DNA from: Deltaproteobacteria bacterium
GTDB lineage: Bacteria; Desulfobacterota; Binatia; UBA9968; JAJDTQ01
Reading direction: 5' to 3'
Assembly (NCBI GenBank): GCA_028821115.1
Contig: JAPPHF010000013.1
Location: 1 to 48,397 of the forward strand
Length of the DNA: 48,397 bases
The notes under the pieces are model-generated. The model saw only the letters and a program-made list of their open reading frames with translations. It ran no database searches and was not told where the DNA came from. This document shows, piece after piece, positions 25,121 to 35,342 of the stretch; position 1 is the first letter of the stretch; every line of letters starts with the position of its first letter. Position numbers and translations under genes: made by a program.

Positions 25121-25369
25121 ATGAAACTTGACATCCACGTTCCTTCCATCGACGGCGTCGTCAGGGTCGAGATACGGTCGGTCGAGGAAAGCGGCTCGTG
25201 GGCCGCCTACCCCATCCTCGTCGGCGGCGCCGCGCTGGACGATGCCTGCCTTGTGCTGGCGCGCTCGGGTATGCCGCTTCGTTTCAGCGGCGAGAGCGCC
25301 GCCGCGGCCGAAACCACGGCCAAAGAGCACGTCCAGGCCCACTACCGGGTCCAGCGCATGATCTGGTGA
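25121..25369 (+). CDS. Small hypothetical protein (82 aa)
   Basis: ATG start, GC-rich third codon positions, fills the gap between queF and aguA. Confidence 0.6.
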   Translation: MKLDIHVPSIDGVVRVEIRSVEESGSWAAYPILVGGAALDDACLVLARSGMPLRFSGESAAAAETTAKEHVQAHYRVQRMIW

Positions 25370-25440
25370 AAGCCGCGCCGAAGGCCCCGCCCGACGACGC
25401 GCGCCATGACACAGGACACTAGAAACACGCGGGCGGCGTG

Positions 25441-26499
25441 TCAAGTCGCGGGCTGTTGCTGGGTCACGCAGTGGATGCCGCCGAGGCCGAGGATCAGCGC
25501 GCGCGCATCGATGCCCGCCACCCGGCGGCCCGGGAAGAGCCCTGCCAGCGTGTCCAGCGCGACACCGTCCTTCGGACCGCCGTAGAGCGGCACCAGCACC
25601 ACGCCGTTGGCGATGTAGAAATTCGCATAGCTTGCCGGCAGGCGTGTCCCTCCGGCCGTCACCGGATCGGGCTGCGGCAGCGGAACGACGCGCAACCGCC
25701 GCCCTCCCGCAGCGGCGGCGGACTCCAGGCAGCGGTAGTTTTCCTGAAGGGCGCGATGGTTCTCGTCCCGCGGATCCTCCTCGACCACGCACACGACGGT
25801 CTCCGTGTCGACGAAGCGCGCGAGGTTGTCGACGTGCCCGTCGGTATCGTCCCCCGCCATGCCCGCCGGCAGCCAGACGATGCGCCGGAGCCCCAGCGCC
25901 GATCGCAGCAGCGCCTCGATATCCTTCCTGCCGCGGCCGCGGTTGCGGTTGGGATTCAGCAGACACTGCTCGGTGACCAGACAGCAACCGGCGCCGTTGA
26001 CCTCGATGGAGCCCCCTTCCAGGACGATCTCGGGCGAGAACGCCGGCAGGGCCAGGGACTCGTTGATCCGCAGCGGCACGGTGTCGTCCGCCACGTAGTC
26101 GGGGTACTTCAGTCCCCAAGCGTTGAACCGCCAGTTGACCAAGGCCAACGCCGCCGGGGGCTCCGCGCCGGTGATGAAGGTCGGCCCGTAGTCCCTTATC
26201 CATACGTCGACGGTCGGAATGTGGTGGAAGGTGACTCGGCCCGTGTCGACTCCGCCTTGCCGGAGACGCGCGGCCGCCGCGGCCTCGGAGGATGCGTCGT
26301 TGACCAGGAGGTTGACGGTCTCGCCCGCGACCAGCGCACGGATCATCTCCGACCAGGTCCCCCGCACCCGCTCCAGGTCGGCCGGCCAGGTGTCGAGGTT
26401 GTGCGGCCATGCAAGCCACGTGGCGGCGTGAGGCTCCCACTCCCCCGGCATGCGATAGCCCGCGCCCCGCGGATCCGCCAACCGGACATCCCGTCCCAC
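25441..26499 (-). CDS. aguA: Agmatine deiminase family protein
   Basis: MPGEWEPH, WIRDYGP, LEGGSI, DDTDGHVD, GGIHCVTQQQP. Confidence 0.93.
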   Translation of the reverse strand: MGRDVRLADPRGAGYRMPGEWEPHAATWLAWPHNLDTWPADLERVRGTWSEMIRALVAGETVNLLVNDASSEAAAAARLRQGGVDTGRVTFHHIPTVDVWIRDYGPTFITGAEPPAALALVNWRFNAWGLKYPDYVADDTVPLRINESLALPAFSPEIVLEGGSIEVNGAGCCLVTEQCLLNPNRNRGRGRKDIEALLRSALGLRRIVWLPAGMAGDDTDGHVDNLARFVDTETVVCVVEEDPRDENHRALQENYRCLESAAAAGGRRLRVVPLPQPDPVTAGGTRLPASYANFYIANGVVLVPLYGGPKDGVALDTLAGLFPGRRVAGIDARALILGLGGIHCVTQQQPAT

Positions 26500-26502
26500 G
26501 GA

Positions 26503-27372
26503 TCAATCCAGCAAGTGCTTGGTGAGGCCGCCGTAGGCGTCGATGCGCCGGTCCCGCAGGAACGGCCAGTTCTGACGGGCTTCGGCGATGACTCGGAGGT
26601 CGCAGTCCACCAGCAGGGTTTCGGGCTTGTTGGTCCCGGCCTGAGCCAGGACCCGACCGGAGGGATCGGCGGCGAAGGAGCCGCCCCAGAAGGTGATCTT
26701 CCCCTCGCGCCCCACCCGGTTGACGGCGGCCACGTAGACGCCGTTGGTCACCGCGTGAGACCGCTGCACCAACTCCCAGGCTTCGCGCTGGGTCCGGCGC
26801 TCGGCCCGGGCCTCTCCAGCGCCCCAGCCAATGGCGGTGGGATAGAAGATGATCTCGGCGCCGCCCAGGGACGCCAGCCGCGCCGCTTCCGGGAACCACT
26901 GGTCCCAGCATATGAGCACGGCGACTCTCGCATGGCGGGTCTGGAACGTACGGAAGCCCAGGTCGCCGGGAGTGAAGTAGAATTTCTCGTAGAAGCCCGG
27001 ATCGTCAGGTATGTGCATCTTGCGGTACCGGCCCACGATCTCACCGTCCGCGTCGATGACCAGGGCGGTGTTGTGGTAGACGCCGGGCGCGCGGGCCTCG
27101 AACACCGAGGCCACGATCACCACCTCCAGCTCCCGCGCCAGGGGACACAGCCGCTCGGTCGTGGGACCGGGAACGGGTTCGGCCAGGGTAAAGGCCGCCG
27201 TGTCCTCGGTCTGCGGAAAATACCGGGACCGGAACAGTTCCTGGACGCAGACGATCCGCGCGCCTTCCCCGGCGGCCAGGCGGATGCGCCGGGCGGTGGT
27301 GGCAAGGTTGCGGTCCGGGTCTGCGACCGCCCGGGACTGGATCAACCCCAGTGTCACGCGTTGGCTGGTCAT
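26503..27372 (-). CDS. aguB: N-carbamoylputrescine amidase (carbon-nitrogen hydrolase)
   Basis: E-K-C triad motifs QELF, YRKMHIPDDP.FYEKFYF, ICWDQWFPE; adjacent to aguA. Confidence 0.88.
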   Translation of the reverse strand: MTSQRVTLGLIQSRAVADPDRNLATTARRIRLAAGEGARIVCVQELFRSRYFPQTEDTAAFTLAEPVPGPTTERLCPLARELEVVIVASVFEARAPGVYHNTALVIDADGEIVGRYRKMHIPDDPGFYEKFYFTPGDLGFRTFQTRHARVAVLICWDQWFPEAARLASLGGAEIIFYPTAIGWGAGEARAERRTQREAWELVQRSHAVTNGVYVAAVNRVGREGKITFWGGSFAADPSGRVLAQAGTNKPETLLVDCDLRVIAEARQNWPFLRDRRIDAYGGLTKHLLD

Positions 27373-27477
27373 GGCTTCAATCACGCCGGACAGAGGGAAC
27401 TGGAACACGCCCACCCGCCGGAACGCCGAGTGCGATTCAAGGCTGGTCGCGAAACACGATGTGGCGGGATTGGCGTC

Positions 27478-28773
<1,296 letters not shown>

Positions 28774-28971
28774 ACCTCGTTCCTCTCCATTTACGATTTC
28801 GAAAGTAGCACTCTTAGACTATCCCCGGTGAGGGGTCAAGCCATATTGGGAGGCCATTCCGCTTGACATTTTGAGCGGATTTCGTTCCAGGAAACGGCCC
28901 CTGGAAGGGGTTTTTGGAGGGATTCCGGCACCGAATCGCGGGCGTCGGGCGGGACCCCTCGGGGATCGGAC

Positions 28972-29724
28972 TCACGCCCCGGTGAGCCGCATGCCGCCGT
29001 CCACCGGCAGGATCGCGGCGGTGACATGGGAGGCGGCGTCCGAGGCCAGGTACACGGCCGCCTGGGCCACGTCCTCGGGCTCTCCGATGCGCCCGAGCGG
29101 CACCCGCGTGGCGTAGCGGGCGAGCTTTTCCGGGGTCGACGTGTCCACCATGGGAGTGCGGTTGGGGCCGGGGCAGATGCAGTTGACCCGGATGTTCTGG
29201 CGGGCGTGGTCCTCGGCCATGGCCTCGGTCAGCCGGACCATTCCGCCCTTCGAGGCGCAGTAGGCCGCGCGCCCCGCCTGCCCCATCATCCCCGAGCGGG
29301 CAGCAATATTGATGATGACGCCGCCGCCGCGTTTGACCATCTCCGGGATGGCGTGGCGGCAGACGTTGAAGACACCCTTCAGGTTGGTGTCGAGGGTCCG
29401 GTCCCAATCCTCCTCGGTGATCTCCGTCACCGCGCCGTTGGTGCGGACGCCGGCGCTGTGGACCACGATGTCCAGACCGCCGTAGCGTTCCACCGCGGCG
29501 GCCACCACCGCCGCCATCTCGTCGTGGCGCCGGACGTCGGCCGCGGTGAACATGGCGTCGCCGCCCTCGGCGCGAATGAGGGCCAGGGTCTCCTCGCCCT
29601 TGCTCGCGGTGGTAGAGGTCCCCGCCACCGCGCAGCCCTCCTGGGTGAAGGCAACCGCGATGGCGCGCCCCAGGCCCGAGCCGAATCCCGTGACCAGAGC
29701 GACTTTGTCTTCGAGTTGGTACAT
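28972..29724 (-). CDS. SDR family oxidoreductase
   Basis: TGFGSGLG, YCASK, NCICPG, VDGG. Confidence 0.93.
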   Translation of the reverse strand: MYQLEDKVALVTGFGSGLGRAIAVAFTQEGCAVAGTSTTASKGEETLALIRAEGGDAMFTAADVRRHDEMAAVVAAAVERYGGLDIVVHSAGVRTNGAVTEITEEDWDRTLDTNLKGVFNVCRHAIPEMVKRGGGVIINIAARSGMMGQAGRAAYCASKGGMVRLTEAMAEDHARQNIRVNCICPGPNRTPMVDTSTPEKLARYATRVPLGRIGEPEDVAQAAVYLASDAASHVTAAILPVDGGMRLTGA

Positions 29725-29751
29725 GGGTTCTTCCTTTCTGCCTGCATCGAG

Positions 29752-29853
29752 CGTCATTCCCGCGGAAGCGGGAGTCCAGGTGGGGTGCGGCGGAGAAGCA
29801 TGCCGGTTTGCCCCCCTCCCCGCCCTAGATTCCCGCTTTCCGCGGGAATGACG
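29752..29853. repeat. Inverted REP doublet (REPIN-like), CGTCATTCCCGC family (dRS3-like)
   Basis: cgtcattcccgcggaagcgggagtccag (29752-29779) and ctagattcccgctttccgcgggaatgacg (29825-29853). Confidence 0.8.
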
Positions 29854-29881
29854 ACACGTGGGTCGCCGCCGTTCCCCGCGT

Positions 29882-31027
29882 TCAACTCCGGGCGTATTCC
29901 CGCACCGCGTCGTCGTTCAGCACCATCCCGTGCCCGGGGGTTTCCGGCAGCGTCACCCAGCCGTCCTCGGGCTCGGGCGGGTCCTTGTAGAGGGTCCTGG
30001 CCATGTGCCAGTCGTTCACGTGGAACTCGGTGCGCCAGCCGTTGGGCACGGCGGCGTGCAGGTTCATGTCGTAGTAGGCGCCGTTGCCGATGGGCAGGTC
30101 GAAGGCCTGCGCCACCGCCGCCGCCTTCATGCCCATGGTGAAGCCGCCCACGGAGCCGACCTGGATGTTGAGGAAATCCACGGCATCGGCCCGTGCCAGG
30201 CCCGTCAAGCCGTAGAAGTCCTCCCACTGCCCGGCGGCGATGGGAATGGAGGTTTGGCGCCGCAGCGCCGCCAGCTTGGCCGGGTCGTTCCTGAGAAGGG
30301 GCTCCTCGAACCACATCAGGTTGTAGGGCTCCAGCCGCTTGCACCAGCGGAGCGCCGCGTCGTAGCGCAGCAGGCAGGCGGCATCCACCATGAGCTCGAC
30401 CTCGTCCCCCACGGCTTCCCGAACCGCCCGCACCCGGCGCTCGTCCTCCGACGGGTCGTCCTCCCGGTGCGCTCCGCTGGCGCCGCGCATGTCGATCTCG
30501 CCGTGGACGTTGACCCGTCCGACCATCAGCTTGAGGCGCTTGTGGCCGCGCTCCACCCAATGCCGCGCCGCCTCCACCAGAGCGTCCCGGCCATAGCTCC
30601 TGACGCCGAAGGTGAAGTAGCAGGGGACCGACTTCTGCGCTCCTCCCAGCAAACGCCAAACCGGCAGATCGTAGAGCTTTCCCTTGATGTCCCACAACGC
30701 CACGTCGATGGCGCTTACCGCGGCGTTCCACACACCCGGCTCGGCCCGGGGGTTGAAGCGCCAGCGCATCTCGTGCATGAGCCGCTCGTTCTCCAGGGGA
30801 TCGCGGCCCAGGAGGAACGGAGTCAGGTCGGCCTCGATGAACCGCAGGATGGCGGATCCGGGACCATGGCCGATCTCCGCCGTACCGGTCAGCCCCTGGT
30901 CGGTTTCCACCCACACGAGGTCGACAGAGGCGGTCCGGCGTTCGTGGAACGGCAAGTCCAGGGGAATGTTCGCGAGCCGCGCGGTCTTGATGACGCTGAT
31001 CTTCATGGTGTCGGGGTCTCCGTTCAT
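29882..31027 (-). CDS. Mandelate racemase/muconate lactonizing enzyme family protein
   Basis: AIDVALWDIKGK...PVWRLLGG; LMVDA, WFEEP; several catalytic positions are atypical. Confidence 0.88.
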   Translation of the reverse strand: MNGDPDTMKISVIKTARLANIPLDLPFHERRTASVDLVWVETDQGLTGTAEIGHGPGSAILRFIEADLTPFLLGRDPLENERLMHEMRWRFNPRAEPGVWNAAVSAIDVALWDIKGKLYDLPVWRLLGGAQKSVPCYFTFGVRSYGRDALVEAARHWVERGHKRLKLMVGRVNVHGEIDMRGASGAHREDDPSEDERRVRAVREAVGDEVELMVDAACLLRYDAALRWCKRLEPYNLMWFEEPLLRNDPAKLAALRRQTSIPIAAGQWEDFYGLTGLARADAVDFLNIQVGSVGGFTMGMKAAAVAQAFDLPIGNGAYYDMNLHAAVPNGWRTEFHVNDWHMARTLYKDPPEPEDGWVTLPETPGHGMVLNDDAVREYARS

Positions 31028-31144
31028 GTCAGGGGAACGTCCTTAGACTACCCAACCCAAACCAAAGGCCGCAAGGGGAATAGGGCCGCTCCACCGGTCG
31101 GGCGGAGCGGAGCGGAGCGGTGTCGAATGAAGCGGTTTCAACCG

Positions 31145-31694
31145 CTAGTTGTCATCCGCATCGAAAGCCTGATGGCGCACGAACACCTCCGCATCCTGGG
31201 GCAGAAAGAACACGAGCCGGACTTCCTCAACGGAGGGCATCCTGGATGGCTTGGGACGACACTGCGGCGGCCTCATCCATGGGATAGCCGTAGATGCCGG
31301 TGGAGATGGCCGGGAAGGCCACCGTGGTCAATCCCGCCTCGGCGGCGATGCTCAGGGAGTTGCGGTAGCACTCGGACAGCTTCTCCTCCTTGTCCGGGCC
31401 GCCGCTGCCGTACACCGGACCCACGGTGTGGATTACGTGGCGTGCCGGCATCCTGCCTGCCGTCGTAAGGACCGCGCCGCCGGTGGGAAGGCCGTCCGCG
31501 TAGCGCGTGGCTCGGATGTCCCTGCACTCCTCCAGGATGGCCGGCCCGCCAGCGCGGTGGATCGCCCCGTCCACACCGCCGCCGCCCATGAGGGTCCCGT
31601 TGGCGGCGTTGACGACCGCGTCCACCGCCTCCTGGGTGATGTCTCCCACCTTCACGACCACACGGCCGTCAAGGAATCGCTCATGTGCCCTCAT
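31145..31694 (-). pseudogene. Macro domain (O-acetyl-ADP-ribose deacetylase, YmdB-like), frameshifted near the 3' end
   Basis: GDIT..AVDAVVNAAN.TL.GGGGVDGAIH...FPAISTGIYGYP stops at 31227; the last strand and helix (SVEEVRLVFF...) continue in another frame to TAG at 31145. Confidence 0.8.
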
Positions 31695-31712
31695 ACTCCC
31701 CAGCCCCAGATC

Positions 31713-31732
31713 CGTCATTCGCGGGAATGACG
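31713..31732. repeat. Collapsed copy of the CGTCATTCCCGC REP family
   Basis: cgtcattc-gcgg-gaatgacg. Confidence 0.65.
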
Positions 31733-31789
31733 AAACCCGATGCGGAACGGTGCCAATCGAAGTCGAGCAAAAGGCGCCAATCGAAACGG

Positions 31790-32936
31790 CTACCGCCACA
31801 CCTGCCGCGCCGTCTCCACCACCCGCTCGAGCTTCCGCTTCTGGTCGTCCGGCGTGATGAGGTTGCCCACCACGTCCGAAGAGAAGCCGCACTGGGGGCT
31901 GATGGCCAGTTGCTCCAACGGCAGGAACCGGGCGGCGTCATCGATGCGCCGCCTCAGATCGTCCACGCTCTCCAGCTCCGGCACCTTGGTGCTCACCAGG
32001 CCCAGCACCACCACCGTGCCCTTGGGGACGAACCGCAACGGCTCGAAACCGCCGGCGCGTTCGGAATCGTACTCCAGCAGCAGCCGGCTGTGCTTCAGTC
32101 CGCCGAACAAGCGCTCCGCCACCGCGTCGTAGGAGCCCTCCCGGTGCCACATGCTGCGTTGGTTGCCGCGGCACAGGTGGATGCCGGAAACAGCGTCGCC
32201 GAAGGCTTCGAGGATACGATTGTCGGCGTCGATGGACCGTTCCAGGTTCACGTCCGGGTCTTCGCCCCGCTGCCGCATGGCCTCGAGCGAAGGCTCGTCG
32301 ACGTAGGCCGTGTAGCCCGGCGCGTCGATCTGGACGTAGCGGCAACCGGCCTCCACCACGCTCGCCACCATGGTCTTCTCGATGGCCACGACGTCGGCGA
32401 GGAAGTCATCCACCGTGGGGTAGATGTCGCGCGAGTTCTCGTGATCGAAGCGCTGGCTGATGCGGTCCGGGCCGATGAGCGGTGACCTTGGCCGGGGTGC
32501 GGGCCACGGTGCTGACATGGCGGTACTCGTCGAGGGGGAGGTTGCGCGCAAGGCGCAGCCGCTCCGCCGCCGGCAGCCGGTGCCAGACGGGTACTCCGGC
32601 CTCCACGTCCCGGTGGACGTCCCAGCGCTGCAGCGCTTTTCCGTGCCGGGACTGATTCTCCAGAGTTTCAATGCGGGCCGCTACCGAACGGAACCCCTCG
32701 ACACAGGCGCCGAAACTGTCCTGAAAATTCAGCCTGCGGAGCTCGCCGTCGGTGACCACCTCCAGGCCCGCGTCTTCCTGCAACGCCACCGCCTCCCGAA
32801 TGCACTCATCCTCCACCACCCGTAACTCCGCGGCGTCCGCCTCGCCCGCATCGAAACGATGCCGCGCTTGCTTGAGCCGCTCCGGACGAAGCAGGCTGCC
32901 GATCACGTCGGTTCTCATGGTTGCCAAGTCGCTCAT
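31790..32936 (-). pseudogene. Cobalamin-independent methionine synthase II family (MetE-like), with a +1 frameshift near 32481
   Basis: N half (RTDVIGSLLRP, VVTDGELRR) and C half (VQIDAP, HLCRGN, LEYD, SPQCGF) are in different frames; junction AAG GTC ACC G CTC ATC GGC. Confidence 0.85.
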
Positions 32937-32944
32937 TCCGGTCT

Positions 32945-33115
32945 CCGCCCACCCCGCGGGATACTGCGGGCTCGCCTGAAGGTCGTTGAAACCGCTTCCA
33001 CCCCCGCCTCCGGTAGCACGTAACAGGTGTGCCGGCCCGGCGGTCTCAAGCCGCTGCAAGAACTCCGTCTGCTCCATGAGCATGGCGTCTGTCAAGTCCT
33101 TGAAGGTGTTGTCCG
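32945..33115 (-). pseudogene. Degenerate fragment of the ATP-dependent DNA ligase 3' region
   Basis: Aligns by eye with ~44366-44538 (TFKDLTDAMLMEQTEFLQRLETA...FNDLQASPQYPAG), with substitutions and single-base deletions. Confidence 0.9.
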
Positions 33116-33307
33116 GTTCCAGCCAGAGATCCGAGGTGAAGGGATCGCTCACCCTTGACTCCTGGGAAAGGAATCTGGGAAAGAGAAGGGAGAACCCCCC
33201 TTGACGGCGGCCCTACGACATCATGTTTTCATCACCGCATACATTGACAGCGGCTACCGCGATTGGGAAGGGTTGCCGTGTAACGACAGGCTGGGGGAGT
33301 CACAACG

Positions 33308-35230
33308 GTGAACGAAACCCAAGGCGGATCTGAAACCCCCGGCAATCGGACCCTTATCGGTCTCTTGATCGCTGGCTTGTCGTTATTCCTCGCCCTTTTT
33401 CATCTGTACACGGGTGTGTTCGGCACTCTGAATGCGATGCTGCAACGCAGCATTCATTTGGGGGTCGCCTTGGTGCTGGTTTTTCTGATTTACCCTGCGA
33501 AAAAGGGGGCCAAGGGCACGCCGGGCGTCTCCAATTACGTTTGCCTGGCGCTCACGATCGTGTCGATGGGCTATCTCTATTGGAATGTCGAGTATCTGAC
33601 CCAGGAACGCATCTCCATGTTAACGCCGGCCACCTTGGTCGAGACGGTCCTCTGCATTTGCCTAATATCGGTTGTTCTCGAAGGCGTGCGAAGAACGCTC
33701 GGGATGCCTCTGGCCATCGTCGTTGCCGTGTTCATCCTGTACTACATCGTCGGCCCGTATTTCCCGTCCGACGGCATCGGTTATGCGGCGCTCGGCTACG
33801 AAGTCTTTATCGACAATCAATACCTGTCGCTGGCCGGCATGTTCGGCCTGGCGCTGGGCATCTCGGCCACGTTCCTGCCGCTGTTCATCATCTTCGGACG
33901 CATCATGCACGCCACCGGTTTCGGTGGGTTCCTGACGGACTTCGCCATGGGCGTCGCGGGACGCACACGGGGCGGGCCGGCGAAGGTTGCGATCATTTCC
34001 AGCGCGCTCTTCGGCACCATCAACGGCAGCGCCACGGCGAATGCGCTGACCACGGGCAATTTTACCATCCCGCTGATGAAGCGCTCCGGCTACTCGAGCC
34101 ACTTTTCCGCCGGGGTCGAAGCCTCGGCCTCCACGGGCGGCCAGATAATGCCGCCGATCATGGGAGCGGCTGCCTTCCTGATGGCCGAGTTTGCCCGGAT
34201 TCCCTACGTCACCATCATGCAGTACGCGATCTTTCCGGCGATCCTCTTCTTTCTGGGTATCTTCGTCACGGTCGACCTGGAGGCCAAGAAACTGCGGCTC
34301 AAGGGCCTCGCGAGCGACGAACTGCCGGACTGGAAATCCCAAGTCACGAAATATCTTCACTTGCTGGTGCCCATCGGACTCCTGGTATGGCTGATCGTCC
34401 AGAACCGCTCGCTGATGTATTCGATAACGGTCTCGATCATCGCCTTGTTCGTTCTCGCCTATTTGCGCAGCGCGACCCGCATGGGCTGGGGGGCGCTGTT
34501 CGACGCCCTGGTCGCATCGAGCCGCGACATTCTCGGGGTGGCGATGGCGACGGCGGCGGTCGGAATCATCGTCGGGATCGTCGGCTTGACAGGGTTGGGG
34601 ATCAAGCTCTCTTCCCTGATGGTGGACCTGAGCGTCGGCAATCTGTTGGCGTCGCTGCTGCTCGCGTTCCTGGGCGCGATGGTCCTCGGAATGACCATGA
34701 ACACCTCGGCGGTTTACCTGCTGCTGGTGGCGCTGATCATACCGGGATTGCTCAAGGTCGGTCTCGCGGTGCCGCAGGCGCACTTCTTCGGCTTCTACTT
34801 CGGCGTGCTGGCCCAGGTCACCCCTCCCGTGGCAGTGACCGCCTATGCGGCAGCAGGGCTTGCCCAGGCCGACCTGAACAAGACGGGCTATGCCGCGATC
34901 AAGCTGTGCGCATCCGGCTTCGTGGTCCCGTTCATGTTCGCGTACTCACCGGAATTGATGTTGATCGGCTCCTGGCAGGATATCGCCATCGCCATACCGT
35001 CCGCCCTGATCGGCGTCTACGTGGTGTCGGTGGTGGCGTCGGCGTACTGGCTGACGCACATGCGCTGGTATGAACGCCTGGTGGCGTTGGGTGGCGCCCT
35101 TCTGAGCATCTTCCCCGGAATCTGGTCCGATATCATCGGACTCGCGCTGATCGCGCTCGTGTTGGCCGGCCAGTTCAAGCGCGTCCGGGACGAGGACGCG
35201 CGTACCGACGCCCGGGAACCGTCGGAATAG
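33308..35230 (+). CDS. TRAP transporter fused permease (4TM/12TM, TAXI type)
   Basis: Highly hydrophobic; GGPAKVAIISSALFGTINGS, STGGQIMPPIMGAAAF, TPPVA. Confidence 0.93.
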   Translation: MNETQGGSETPGNRTLIGLLIAGLSLFLALFHLYTGVFGTLNAMLQRSIHLGVALVLVFLIYPAKKGAKGTPGVSNYVCLALTIVSMGYLYWNVEYLTQERISMLTPATLVETVLCICLISVVLEGVRRTLGMPLAIVVAVFILYYIVGPYFPSDGIGYAALGYEVFIDNQYLSLAGMFGLALGISATFLPLFIIFGRIMHATGFGGFLTDFAMGVAGRTRGGPAKVAIISSALFGTINGSATANALTTGNFTIPLMKRSGYSSHFSAGVEASASTGGQIMPPIMGAAAFLMAEFARIPYVTIMQYAIFPAILFFLGIFVTVDLEAKKLRLKGLASDELPDWKSQVTKYLHLLVPIGLLVWLIVQNRSLMYSITVSIIALFVLAYLRSATRMGWGALFDALVASSRDILGVAMATAAVGIIVGIVGLTGLGIKLSSLMVDLSVGNLLASLLLAFLGAMVLGMTMNTSAVYLLLVALIIPGLLKVGLAVPQAHFFGFYFGVLAQVTPPVAVTAYAAAGLAQADLNKTGYAAIKLCASGFVVPFMFAYSPELMLIGSWQDIAIAIPSALIGVYVVSVVASAYWLTHMRWYERLVALGGALLSIFPGIWSDIIGLALIALVLAGQFKRVRDEDARTDAREPSE

Positions 35231-35342
35231 CGTTGATGCGAGTGTCACGAAGTGAGAAAGGAGGACAATAGCCAGACCCTTTGGAATGCGTTCAATGACA
35301 CGGCCCATATCCGCTGACCGTCAATACCAAGGAGGAAATGTG

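Noticed and set aside
31102-31120. (GCGGA)n microsatellite as a phase-variation switch
   Set aside because: Only about 3-4 units in GC-rich intergenic DNA, with no clear promoter context
32945-33115. DGR template/variable repeat pair with the ligase C-terminus
   Set aside because: Differences are not adenine-specific and include indels, and no reverse transcriptase is in the window
32406-33152. Genuine ligase-MetE fusion protein
   Set aside because: The ligase part is degenerate with internal frame scrambling; being in frame with metE appears incidental
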